Assembly (NCBI GenBank): GCA_963793305.1
Contig: CAWBZV010000003.1
Location: forward strand, 736,001-800,000
Length of the DNA: 64,000 nt
Direction: 5' to 3'
DNA from: an uncultured Gemmatimonadales bacterium
GTDB lineage: Bacteria > Gemmatimonadota > Gemmatimonadetes > Gemmatimonadales > Gemmatimonadaceae
Below are positions 22,001 to 31,367 of this stretch, in pieces. A program made the position numbers and the translations under genes. Numbering within the stretch: the first letter of the stretch is position 1; each line of letters opens with the position of its first letter. Under the pieces are notes generated by a model. It ran no database searches and had not been told where the DNA came from. It worked only from the letters and a program-made list of their open reading frames with translations.

Positions 22001-22580
22001 CCCGATCCTCGGTTATCAAGATAAGAATGGGGATGGCATTATCGAACCAAATGAGCTCACGGTTGGCTCTACTCCGGTCTTCCGGGGGCAAATGTATCCG
22101 AAAGTGCAACTTACGTTGGGGTCGACGTTGGGCCTTTTCAACTCTCGATTCCATGCCAACATCCAATTTGACTATCGCGGTGGGTTCAGGCTTTTCAATC
22201 AAGTCCTAGCACTTCAATGCGCTGTTGGTGTGTGCCAAGCGCTTGAGACTCGTGGCGCATCGCTGGCTGATCAAGCACGCGCATTGGCTTACACAACGAA
22301 AGGTACAACTTGGGGGTACTATGAGGACGCTTCGTTCACTCGTCTGCGGGAAGTGGGTTTGTCTTATGATATGCCCCAGAGGGTCGCCCGTGTCATGCGA
22401 ATGCGAAGCGCGGTAATAACTGTCGCCGCGCGCAACTTGGCACTGTGGACGCGCTACTCCGGCCCGGATCCGGAAGTGGCAAGCAGTCCCGGCCAAAATA
22501 CAAACGTAGGTGCTTACTCTGACCTCGGCGGGTTACCGCCAAGCCAATATTATGTCATTCGCTTGTCGCTTGGGCTGTAA
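19098..22580 (+). CDS. SusC/RagA-family TonB-dependent transporter with N-terminal STN signalling domain
   Basis: STN-like [18 protein letters not shown]; carboxypeptidase-regulatory-like domain; plug motifs INIRG, [55 protein letters not shown]. Start is probably 19164-19197. Confidence 0.95.
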   Translation: [1160 protein letters not shown]

Positions 22581-22581
22581 C

Positions 22582-23964
22582 ATGTGGCCCATAATGGTAT
22601 TCAATCGCGAAGCGCCGGGGTTCGCCAAGATCTTTCGCTGCCTCATCGCGGTGCTTCCGCTGTTCACTGCGTGTAGCGACTTGACGCGTGTTACCGCTCC
22701 CGATGTGGTGCAGGAGGGGTCGCTTAACAATTCCTCGGGTGCCACTCTGCTCCGTAATGGGGCCATTACTAGCTTCAATGGCGCCTATGCTGAACAAGCG
22801 CTGCTCAGCGGAATGCTCTCGGATGAGTTTAGTGACAGATCGGGGGGGCAGTTCAAGTCTGACCAGCGCATTGTTCCGCCGATTGACCCAACCTCCTCGG
22901 TCGACCGATATCCGTATTCGGACTTAAGTGCCGCGCGAATAGCCGCCCTGCACGCGATCTCGACTACTGAGAAGTATGACACGACTGAGGGCTCGCAGGT
23001 GGGCGCGATGTTCGCCTATCTCGCGGCAACTGAGCTGTTCTTTGTTGAGGATCTCTGTTCGGGTGTTCCGGTTGGGTTATTCAGCAACGGTGCGGCTGCA
23101 CCCGGCCCCGTACTGGACCGCCAGGGCCTCATTGTCTTGGCGCTTCAACACCTAGATTCGGCGGCTGCACACGGCACGGCGAGCGATAGCGTAGAGAACT
23201 GGGCACGAGTGCTGCGTGCAAGGGCGCTTCTTGACAGCAACAATGTGCAAGGCGCGACCATTACCGCTGCGCAAGTACCCGATGGGTTTGAGTACGTGGC
23301 TCAATTCGGTGGTTCCGCGGTGCCATATAATATCGTTGCGTACTGGGTATACTCTGCATTGTACGCCTCAGTGTCAGATAATGAAGGCGGAAACGGACTC
23401 GATTTCGTGAGCGCTCACGATCCGCGAGTGCCGACGCAGGACCTAGGGGCCGGGGCAGGCGGCGGAGAGGTATTCGGTTTCGCGTTGTACACGACTCTCG
23501 GTTCGCCCATCGTTGTGGCCGGATCCGTCGAGGCCAGGTTGATTCAGGCGGAAGCGTTATTGCGAGCCGGACAGACGAGCCTATGGATACAAATACTGAA
23601 CAACCTTCGAACGAATTCGACTTTTAGCACCCACCCGGATTCGGCAAACCCGTCGCAGACCGACACGGTCTGGAATGCAGGGACTGGAGGTGTATCCGGT
23701 TTGAGCCCAGTAGTGATTCCGGCATCAGCTGCTGCCCAAGTCGATCTAATGTTCCGTGAGCGTGCGTTTTGGCTCTTTGGGACGGGTCATCGCCAAGGCG
23801 ACTTGCGACGACTCGTTCGTCAGTACGGGCGATCTGTTGGGATCGTCTTTCCCTCCGGGACCTATCAGGGCGGACCCGCGCAATATGGGACGGACGTAAC
23901 CTTCGTGCCGTACTTCGAGGAAAACAACCCCGCCTATCACGGGTGTGAGAATAGAAATCCTTGA
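22582..23964 (+). CDS. SusD/RagB-family outer-membrane lipoprotein
   Basis: Lipobox FTAC; EARLIQAEA, LNNLR, RERAFWLFGTGHRQGDLRR; directly follows the susC-like gene. Confidence 0.9.
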   Translation: MWPIMVFNREAPGFAKIFRCLIAVLPLFTACSDLTRVTAPDVVQEGSLNNSSGATLLRNGAITSFNGAYAEQALLSGMLSDEFSDRSGGQFKSDQRIVPPIDPTSSVDRYPYSDLSAARIAALHAISTTEKYDTTEGSQVGAMFAYLAATELFFVEDLCSGVPVGLFSNGAAAPGPVLDRQGLIVLALQHLDSAAAHGTASDSVENWARVLRARALLDSNNVQGATITAAQVPDGFEYVAQFGGSAVPYNIVAYWVYSALYASVSDNEGGNGLDFVSAHDPRVPTQDLGAGAGGGEVFGFALYTTLGSPIVVAGSVEARLIQAEALLRAGQTSLWIQILNNLRTNSTFSTHPDSANPSQTDTVWNAGTGGVSGLSPVVIPASAAAQVDLMFRERAFWLFGTGHRQGDLRRLVRQYGRSVGIVFPSGTYQGGPAQYGTDVTFVPYFEENNPAYHGCENRNP

Positions 23965-24019
23965 CCCGAGCCATCATCCTGCCGCTGCAGGTTTGAGTGC
24001 GCGTCTCAACAATCGCTTA

Positions 24020-26578
24020 ATGTGCCGACTTGCTGCGCGCGTGTCACGGTCAGTGATCGCCCAAGTCATTACCTACTCCGCGCTCGCAGCTATCGTGGGC
24101 GCCCGAGTATGTACTGCCCAGGTAATAGCACAGAGCAAATGGAGTTATGCGAGTTGGGTTCGACAGCGCGTGACTCCACCAGAGCACCCGGCGCTGACAC
24201 TCCGAGGGGATGCTGTAGCCTACGCATTGAATCGTGCGCTCGAGAAGACGCTGCGACGGTATGGCGGTGCGCAGATCCTCAACGACGTGTGGTTTGCTGC
24301 AGCACCGAAATGGCAGCCAACGAGAATCGTAAGCCAGGGCGACGAGGGTATGCTGTTCAGCGGGCTTCGCTGGTCTCCGGATGGAGAGTCACTGGCGTTT
24401 CTCGCCACGCATGGGTTGCGTAGCGTTCTTGAAGTTTGGAACAGACGCACGCATCGGATTGTCGTCACCAGTGCGTGTGTCATCAGAGCTCGGGCTGCGT
24501 ACCCACCCGAAACTTGGGCACCGATTTGGATCGATAGGCACCATGTCAGTCTGTGGATTCGAGCCGCACGATGTCGACCTGAAGATGGTCACATTTGGTC
24601 GGAAGAGTATCAGGGGATTGCTGACGCCGAAGCAGCCTGGCGACGTTGGGAAAACGGGCGAAGCGCAACATACGACGTGTTGCAGTCTGGCGTAGAACAA
24701 GACCCCGAGAGATTTCCCTTGGCCGAAATCATCGTCCTCGATACTTGGACGGGAAAAATCTCGTGTATTGCGCGCGGAGTGTTTGACCAAGTTCTCCCTT
24801 CGCCTGATCGGCATATGCTCGCAATACTTGTTGCCCGGAAATTCGTGACGCCGTCAGAAAATGTACGATGGCGGCATCTCTGGACGCATTTCCTATCCGA
24901 TGTGCTGCTGCTTCCTGTGTTGCATCCAGCCGACAGCGCAGTGGTGTCAACGAATGGTTCCGCCATGTGGCGCAGTTTGCGGTGGTCGCCAGACGGGGAG
25001 CGTCTTGCTTTCATCGATTACGATCCGAATACAAATGCTCCACCCTGTGCTGTTGCATACAGTTGGAGGCTATCCCGTCGCACTGTCAATTATTGCGGAT
25101 CGATCGGAGATGGGTCAGCTGTACCTAACGACCAATGGGCGCTTGATCACCCGGCTCAGCACAGTATTGCCTGGACAGGCACCGGCGATCTTGCCGTAAG
25201 ATTACAGAGCCGCACGTCCCAGCGGGACCGATCAGATTGGGTGCTTGTACATGACTCCACTCCGGCCATTAACCTGACGGGTTGCCTGCAGTCCGTACCA
25301 GCTGAACTGTATGCGGATAGTGGACGCACCTTCGCTCTTGCCGACGGGCGGCTAATCGTGCTCGAAGTGCTGGCTGGAGGGGGCTCGGTCGCTGGATGTC
25401 GACCGGTCGAGGGAGACGTGCCCGCGAATATGGGCGTTGATACCGTTGTGGCGACCCAGCCTGAGCTCGCGCTGCGCGTTGCTGTCAGAGGGGCGAACGC
25501 CGGGCACTCAGCCTATATCCGGGTTGCGCGAGGGCGACAGACCGTACAACTGTTGGAATTGCCCAAGGCTCTACGACAGGGTTCGGTCGCCGCCGAATCA
25601 TTTGATGTTAAGCAGTTGCGCGCGCTAGTGGCGGTCTTGAATGACAGCGATGGCACTCAACGATTCGCAGTCTGGACCGCCTCCGACGGTTACCATCTGC
25701 TGGCAAAGGTCGCGCAGCATTTGGCTCATGTCCTCGAGCACACCATCGTGTATCGCTCTCAGCGTGGCGAAATACTCGGCGCCCGAGTGACTTTGCCAGT
25801 TGGGTATGATTCAACTAAACGCTACCCTACAATTGTCGAAGTTTATCCTGGCATCCTGATTCCAGCCGTACACGCGACGCGAGTTGTTGTTGCTAGTCCT
25901 TACTCCGTCGAAGGATTTGCTGTTTTAACTCCGAGCATGCCTTACGATTACAGCTTGGATAGCGGGAGTGTAGAGCCTTTCTCAACACTAACAAATGGAG
26001 TGCTGCCGGCGATCGACGAAGCAGTGAATGAGGGACTCATAGACTCCGCACGAGTTGGAATCCTGGGCCACAGTTTCGGCGGCTTCGCCGTGTATGGCCT
26101 TATCGCGCAGACGACACGGTTTCGCGCTGCTGTTGCCCTCAACGGAATGAGTGATTTTATCTCGGCCTACGGGAGCATGTACCCACCGGAGCGATACGCC
26201 GCGAATCCACTGACAGTGTCATATGAAATGAGTTATTTCGAATCGGGTCAAGTGGGTCTCGGCAGTCCTCCGTGGGACGCGGTGGACGCGTATGTTCGCA
26301 ATAGCCCTTTCTTCCATATAGCTACGATTCATACGCCTTTGCTGATCGCTCAAGGAGACATGGATGTGACGCCAATCTCGCAAGGCGAGCAAATGTTCAA
26401 CGCGTTGTTTAGACTTGGCCGACGCGTTGACCTGGTGCGCTATTGGGGCGAGGGTCACAACATCGGTGGTTCATACTTCAACGCTGTTGATTTTGAGAGT
26501 CGCGTTGTTAGTTGGTTTCGAGAGTTCCTGAGTGTACCTGACTCGACGGACAAGCATCGCGTTGATGCAGAACACTAG
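24020..26578 (+). CDS. S9 prolyl-oligopeptidase-family peptidase, candidate lasso isopeptidase
   Basis: WSPDG propeller repeats; triad motifs GHSFGG, QGDMD, GEGH; signal-like N-terminus; adjacent to lasso genes. Confidence 0.85.
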   Translation: MCRLAARVSRSVIAQVITYSALAAIVGARVCTAQVIAQSKWSYASWVRQRVTPPEHPALTLRGDAVAYALNRALEKTLRRYGGAQILNDVWFAAAPKWQPTRIVSQGDEGMLFSGLRWSPDGESLAFLATHGLRSVLEVWNRRTHRIVVTSACVIRARAAYPPETWAPIWIDRHHVSLWIRAARCRPEDGHIWSEEYQGIADAEAAWRRWENGRSATYDVLQSGVEQDPERFPLAEIIVLDTWTGKISCIARGVFDQVLPSPDRHMLAILVARKFVTPSENVRWRHLWTHFLSDVLLLPVLHPADSAVVSTNGSAMWRSLRWSPDGERLAFIDYDPNTNAPPCAVAYSWRLSRRTVNYCGSIGDGSAVPNDQWALDHPAQHSIAWTGTGDLAVRLQSRTSQRDRSDWVLVHDSTPAINLTGCLQSVPAELYADSGRTFALADGRLIVLEVLAGGGSVAGCRPVEGDVPANMGVDTVVATQPELALRVAVRGANAGHSAYIRVARGRQTVQLLELPKALRQGSVAAESFDVKQLRALVAVLNDSDGTQRFAVWTASDGYHLLAKVAQHLAHVLEHTIVYRSQRGEILGARVTLPVGYDSTKRYPTIVEVYPGILIPAVHATRVVVASPYSVEGFAVLTPSMPYDYSLDSGSVEPFSTLTNGVLPAIDEAVNEGLIDSARVGILGHSFGGFAVYGLIAQTTRFRAAVALNGMSDFISAYGSMYPPERYAANPLTVSYEMSYFESGQVGLGSPPWDAVDAYVRNSPFFHIATIHTPLLIAQGDMDVTPISQGEQMFNALFRLGRRVDLVRYWGEGHNIGGSYFNAVDFESRVVSWFREFLSVPDSTDKHRVDAEH

Positions 26579-26595
26579 GCCCGATACGTAAAGTC

Positions 26596-27537
26596 TCATG
26601 TCCTGACCGTCGGCGGCGACAATGCCGGCGTTTCAGCAAAGCAATCCACTAGCTCAAGTAGGTCATCCCGAACCTGCGACAAACGAGACGGCCGCTGCTC
26701 AGGCGCGCATCGCAGCATCGCCGATAGCAGAGCCCGCAGCCCAAGTGGAACAGGTGGTTCCGTTGGAAGCTCAACGTCTTCGCTGAGACGCCTAAGAACG
26801 AATGGACCAGTAAACAGGTCGGGAGTCTCAGGCCCCTTGACTAGACGCTCCAACGGCGTTTCAGACATCGGCGATCGACCATACAAAAGATGATACATCG
26901 TTGCGCCAAGAGCGAATACATCGGTCGCGCGCAGCTGCTTCCGGCCCGCAAGCTGTTCGGGCGCCATGTACCAAACCGTTCCGCCAAATTGCCCAAACCG
27001 TGTGCGCTCGGCGCCACTCACATCCTCAGTGAGCCTTGCTGCATGGCTGAAGTCGATGAGTGTCGCTTCACTGAATCTCGCTGTGCCAGCAGTCCAAGGA
27101 ATCATGATATTAGTCGGCTTCACATCTCTATGAAGCCAACTCAACTCATGTAGGGCCCCAAGAGCACCGGCAACGGCGGCAGCAACTGTGGCAACAGCGG
27201 ACCACATTGTCGAGTCCGACCGAACCATCTCATCCGCCGAACTGCCGTCGATCCATTCAGTAGCGACATAGCGGTGGGATGCATCAATCCAATCATGTGC
27301 AATGAGTCTACTCGCGTTCGGGTGTTTTAAGGTGGTCAGAATTTGTCCTTCCTTCTCAAGCATCAGCGTGCCGATGGTTGAGCTATATCTTGCCACCTTA
27401 AGTGCACAATGCCGGCTCGACTGGCTATCGACAGCGAGAAAAACGAAAGCGCATCCACCACGCCCGAGACGGCGCTCAATTGTGAAACGAGACGCGATCA
27501 CCTGCCCTTCTTGATAGTCAATGGTATTCTCTCGCAT
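26596..27537 (-). CDS. Hanks-type Ser/Thr protein kinase (kinase domain only)
   Basis: LGRGGCAFVF, ALK, HRDVKPTNIM, DFS (for DFG), YMAPEQ, DVFALG, PEQRP. Confidence 0.92.
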   Translation of the reverse strand: MRENTIDYQEGQVIASRFTIERRLGRGGCAFVFLAVDSQSSRHCALKVARYSSTIGTLMLEKEGQILTTLKHPNASRLIAHDWIDASHRYVATEWIDGSSADEMVRSDSTMWSAVATVAAAVAGALGALHELSWLHRDVKPTNIMIPWTAGTARFSEATLIDFSHAARLTEDVSGAERTRFGQFGGTVWYMAPEQLAGRKQLRATDVFALGATMYHLLYGRSPMSETPLERLVKGPETPDLFTGPFVLRRLSEDVELPTEPPVPLGLRALLSAMLRCAPEQRPSRLSQVRDDLLELVDCFAETPALSPPTVRT

Positions 27538-27731
27538 AGAGCCGACAGTAAAGAGCGCGATGTGAATTGGGCCAGGTTTGTCTCACGCGGTTAGGGGCCG
27601 GAACGGGCGCATGGAGCGCCAGCTTATCTCATTCCTCCGCTGATCTCATGAATCGGCCACCTGGGATACTCGCCATCGGCGACCCCGAGAGGTAGTCTGC
27701 ATCCTCTTCCTGTTGCAAGTGGAGTTTCGCA

Positions 27732-28025
27732 ATGTCTCGAACGGAACTGCAGCCTCTCCTCTCCGAGCGGTGGAAGCCACGGCCCAGTGTAATTTCGGTG
27801 ACTCGAGATGATGAGACAATAATCCTGGATGCTGAGACGAGTCACTACTATGCATTGACCGGCGTTGGTGGACGTATTTGGGAACTCCTCTGCGATTCAT
27901 GGCCAATCAATGCCATAATCGACCAGATTGCGCAAGAATCGCATGAGCTTAGGACGGTAATTGATCTTGATGTCCGCGCCCTAGTGAGCGAATTGCAGGC
28001 CAGGTTACTGGTGGTCGTTGCATGA
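27732..28025 (+). CDS. Lasso peptide B1 protein (PqqD-like RiPP recognition element)
   Basis: DETIILDAETSHYYALTGVGGRIWELL...DVRALVSELQARLLV. Confidence 0.9.
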   Translation: MSRTELQPLLSERWKPRPSVISVTRDDETIILDAETSHYYALTGVGGRIWELLCDSWPINAIIDQIAQESHELRTVIDLDVRALVSELQARLLVVVA

Positions 28026-28423
28026 CTTCGCCGCGATACGCACCGAGCTTCGCTTATTGCGCCATCGCACTCATGGTAGTGCGTACAATGCTGAAGGTGC
28101 GAGGCCTGGGCGCGACGGTGCGCTTCACTCAAAGTGCGTCGCGAATATCGGGCCCCAACTGTGGCGACGGAGTCACATTGACAACTGAGACGGCTACACG
28201 AGTCGCTACTGCGGCAGCGTTCTTCCCGGGGCGGGCGCGCTGTCTCGAGCAGTCGATAGTGTTGCAGTACCTACTTCGTCGGCGTGGAATTGCGGCCGCG
28301 CTGCGATTAGGGATGGAACCACGTCGACCGATTGCACACGCGTGGGTTGAGGTGGGCGGCAATCCGGTAAATGAGGGGCGCGAAACGGTACGCAAGGTTG
28401 TGCCCCTGCCGGAGTTGACGTGA
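28022..28423 (+). CDS. Lasso peptide B2 leader peptidase (transglutaminase-like)
   Basis: ARCLEQS catalytic Cys, LRLG, AHAWVE. Confidence 0.93.
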   Translation: MTSPRYAPSFAYCAIALMVVRTMLKVRGLGATVRFTQSASRISGPNCGDGVTLTTETATRVATAAAFFPGRARCLEQSIVLQYLLRRRGIAAALRLGMEPRRPIAHAWVEVGGNPVNEGRETVRKVVPLPELT

Positions 28424-30309
28424 GGCCATTTCTAGTTGGGCGAGCTGCCTCGATCAGAATAGCTTCGATTGTTGACCGCGCAACACGCGATCTTGAAGCT
28501 GCACGGTTGCCGGTGGCCCAGTTGCATCAGCCGCACGACCTGCCCATCGCGGCCATTGTGACTCTTGACAGCAAGGGTATCGCACCGGTGGCCCGTTCGG
28601 GACGGCATGTAGTTATCGGCGAGGCCCGTCTCCACAACCAACGTGAACTAGCTGATCTGATCAACCCATGCGAGCCCCCATGCAGCGATCTCTCAATTGT
28701 TGCGAGAGGTATCGCAACAGGTAGTTGTGATGTGCTTCAGCGCCTGATTGGTGACTTCGCATTCATAGCTTGGAATCGTGAAGCGCGAACGTTATTAGCA
28801 GCACGTGACGCCCTCGGCATTTTCCCGCTCTATTGGCTCGCCGTTGATCGTAGCGTAATCTTCTGCTCGCGTGTACGTCCGATCGTGGACGATCAACGGC
28901 TGAGTGGTGAATACATTGCTGACTTCTTGGCCGCGGGCTGTGGAGTTGCCGGCTATACGAGCCATGAGTCAATCGTAGAGGTTCCCCCCGGAGGGTACGT
29001 ATCGGTCGATGCGGATGGTCGGGTAGCTGTCGGCCGGTATTGGCGCGCCGAGGCATTTACGCGTCGTGCCAAAAGCGACCCTGACGGCGAGGCGGCGGAG
29101 TTTCGAGCCCTGCTTCAGACAGCCGTCAGTAGCCGCCTTACCTCGGATGGGCGAACATGGTCTCACCTGTCGGGCGGGCTCGACTCTTCATCAATAGTCT
29201 GTGTGGCAGAGTCGCTCGCGGCGGACGGCATGGCACCAGTCGGCCTCGGCGGCACGGTGACATTTGTCGATACACTAGCGAGCGCCGATGAGCGAGAGTT
29301 CTCTGATCTTGTTGTAGAGAAATGGCAGGTACGTAACGAGCAAATCGTTGACTATTGGATGTGGCAATGGGACGAGGTCGGTCCTCCAGATTTTGATCAA
29401 CCTCACTTGTTCTACCCATTTTACGCACGTGAACGTCGCATGATGAAGGTGGTCGGCGACAACGGCGGGGTGGCACTGTTATCTGGTCACGGATCTGACC
29501 ACTACCTCACAGGGTCGCCACTACTGTTGGCTGATTTGCTTGCACATGGTCGCATTGGTCAGCTGTTGCATCAGGCGACGTCGTGGGCGGTTGCGAATCG
29601 TAGTTCGTTCTGGAAGTACCTATACCGTCGTGCTATGCTGCCGAACTTCCCGTCCGATCTTCGAGCCCGCTTCTTACCGCGCAGTGGCCGGCCGCCAGAC
29701 TGGATTATGCCAAAGTTCGTGTCGCGACACGAGCTCAGTAATAGAACTGCGATGGCGGAAGAACTCGCCGGTCAGCGCGGAGAAAAGTTCAGCCATAGCG
29801 TTCTCTACTACCTGCGGCAAGTCGGCTCGCAGTTACCCCGAAGTTTCCTAGATGATGAGATCGAAGTCAGATATCCGTTTTTGGATCGCCGGCTCGTCGA
29901 GTTTTGCCTTACGCTCAAGCCTAGTGCGATAGCCCAACCGTTGTATAGCAAAGTCCCCCTCCGTCTCGCCATGCGAGGTGTTCTGCCGGAGCGGATCCGC
30001 ACTCGTGCGGGCAAGGGCACATTGGGCGCTCGATTTCGCTGGTCCCTCGACCGGGAGCGCGAGACAGTAACCGAGCTGGTAACTGATCCCATCCTAGCAG
30101 ACTATGGCGTGGTCGAGCCCATTGAGTTGGGACGGGCGCTGCGCCGAGTCCAGGAAGGGCGATCAACTCGCTATCACTGGTTGATACGATTTTTGGCGCT
30201 AGAGACCTGGCTCCGAGTACGGTCTGGTCGGTGGGCAGGTCGATCTGGACTGACCGATAATTTCGTTGTTGATACGCTGCACAAACATCAATTAGAGAGG
30301 ACAGTATGA
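28420..30309 (+). CDS. Lasso cyclase (asparagine synthetase-like C protein)
   Basis: GDFAFIAWN, ARDALG, LSGGLDSSSI, LLSGHGSDH, RYPFLDRRLVEF; no N-terminal Cys1; follows B1/B2. Confidence 0.92.
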   Translation: MRPFLVGRAASIRIASIVDRATRDLEAARLPVAQLHQPHDLPIAAIVTLDSKGIAPVARSGRHVVIGEARLHNQRELADLINPCEPPCSDLSIVARGIATGSCDVLQRLIGDFAFIAWNREARTLLAARDALGIFPLYWLAVDRSVIFCSRVRPIVDDQRLSGEYIADFLAAGCGVAGYTSHESIVEVPPGGYVSVDADGRVAVGRYWRAEAFTRRAKSDPDGEAAEFRALLQTAVSSRLTSDGRTWSHLSGGLDSSSIVCVAESLAADGMAPVGLGGTVTFVDTLASADEREFSDLVVEKWQVRNEQIVDYWMWQWDEVGPPDFDQPHLFYPFYARERRMMKVVGDNGGVALLSGHGSDHYLTGSPLLLADLLAHGRIGQLLHQATSWAVANRSSFWKYLYRRAMLPNFPSDLRARFLPRSGRPPDWIMPKFVSRHELSNRTAMAEELAGQRGEKFSHSVLYYLRQVGSQLPRSFLDDEIEVRYPFLDRRLVEFCLTLKPSAIAQPLYSKVPLRLAMRGVLPERIRTRAGKGTLGARFRWSLDRERETVTELVTDPILADYGVVEPIELGRALRRVQEGRSTRYHWLIRFLALETWLRVRSGRWAGRSGLTDNFVVDTLHKHQLERTV

Positions 30310-30470
30310 ATACGTACTCCTACATTGCTCCGCGTTTGATCGATCGGGGCTCGGCAATTACTCGCACGTTAGGCTCCGGCGGTGATACGGCTGACGGCGG
30401 CCTGAATCACGTCAAGGCGAATTCAACCGTTGGCGCAACGACCTCGAGCGACTCAACCCCGGGGACATGA
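30306..30470 (+). CDS. Lasso precursor A1 (54 aa; not in ORF track)
   Basis: MNTYSYIAPRLIDRGSAITRTL|GSGGDTADGGLNHVKANSTVGATTSSDSTPGT. YxxPxLxxxG leader, Thr at -2, Gly1 and Asp8; GAGAGG RBS. Confidence 0.92.
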   Translation: MNTYSYIAPRLIDRGSAITRTLGSGGDTADGGLNHVKANSTVGATTSSDSTPGT

Positions 30471-30551
30471 TCACGGTAAAGGGAGCCTGAGCGACACACT
30501 TTTCGATGGTGCCGACCAGACCGCTTACATCTCAGTCTCCCTCGCGGACCA

Positions 30552-30583
30552 TCGCAACGGTACGAAACAGCGTACCGTTGCGA
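30552..30583 (+). other. Stem-loop after A1
   Basis: TCGCAACGGTACG-AAACAG-CGTACCGTTGCGA, perfect 13-bp stem with no U-tract. Confidence 0.7.
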
Positions 30584-30714
30584 CTATCCGATGTAACTCA
30601 GCTCAAGTCGCCGCTACGGCTTCGGAGTTCGTGCCAAGATTTAAGTAGTAAGGGTCCAACCTGACCGATAGTTTCGTTTTGAGACGTAGCGCACACTCAA
30701 TTAGAGAGGACAGT

Positions 30715-30882
30715 ATGAAAGCGGCTCACTCTTACGTAGGGCCCCGTCTAATCGATCGGGGTTCGGCTATTACTCGCACGTTGGGCGCGAACGGCGATAC
30801 GGTTGATGGCGGCCTGAATCACATTCGGTTGAACTCAACCGTTAACGCAACGACCTCGGACGACTCAACGTTTGGGACATGA
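30715..30882 (+). CDS. Lasso precursor A2 (55 aa)
   Basis: MKAAHSYVGPRLIDRGSAITRTL|GANGDTVDGGLNHIRLNSTVNATTSDDSTFGT; same leader motif, Gly1 and Asp8. Confidence 0.92.
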   Translation: MKAAHSYVGPRLIDRGSAITRTLGANGDTVDGGLNHIRLNSTVNATTSDDSTFGT

Positions 30883-30948
30883 AGGGTAGGGGGAGCCTAA
30901 GCGACGCATTTCGATGGCGATTCCTGCTTACAACCTCCGCCTCCTCAC

Positions 30949-30994
30949 GGTTGTCGCAACGGTTACGCTACAAGCTCTTGCCGTTGCGATAACC
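30949..30994 (+). other. Stem-loop after A2
   Basis: GGTTGTCGCAACGG...CCGTTGCGATAACC, 14-bp stem with one G-U pair. Confidence 0.65.
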
Positions 30995-31073
30995 AATGCA
31001 ACTCCGATCAAGATCGCAGGTACGGCCGCGACTATGGTCTTGCAGTCCGTGTCCAGAACCTGGTGAGGGTTCG

Positions 31074-31247
31074 ATGGGCTACGCTTATGTAAAACCTCGA
31101 TTAATTGATCGGGGCTATGCCGTTGCGCGAACGCAGGGCGCCGGTGGCGCAACGGTCGATCCTGTGATAACGCCCGGGCGGCAGGAGACTCATGGTGAAC
31201 TGTCAACGGCGGCCGACTCGACCGCAAGTGGCGACCTGCGTTGTTAA
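31074..31247 (+). CDS. Lasso precursor A3 (57 aa)
   Basis: MGYAYVKPRLIDRGYAVARTQ|GAGGATVDPVITPGRQETHGELSTAADSTASGDLRC; Gly1 and Asp8. Confidence 0.9.
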   Translation: MGYAYVKPRLIDRGYAVARTQGAGGATVDPVITPGRQETHGELSTAADSTASGDLRC

Positions 31248-31367
31248 CCATCAATAACCCTAGTCAAGAGACACGTGATTTGATCGATTCCTCATTCAGC
31301 AAAACGCCGACTCCCTTGCTGTTATCTACGGCAACCCGTACGACCACCACTTCTACGCTGTGAGATC

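Larger units (their letters stand above)
30250..31060 (+). repeat. Diverged tandem duplication, about 411-bp period, carrying A1 and A2
   Basis: CTGACCGATA at 30250 and 30661; TCAATTAGAGAGGACAGTATGAA before both precursors; shared downstream GGGAGCCT.AGCGAC and hairpin. Confidence 0.85.

Noticed and set aside
28420..30309. Ordinary asparagine synthetase
   Set aside because: No N-terminal catalytic Cys, and flanked by RRE, B2 protease and lasso precursors.
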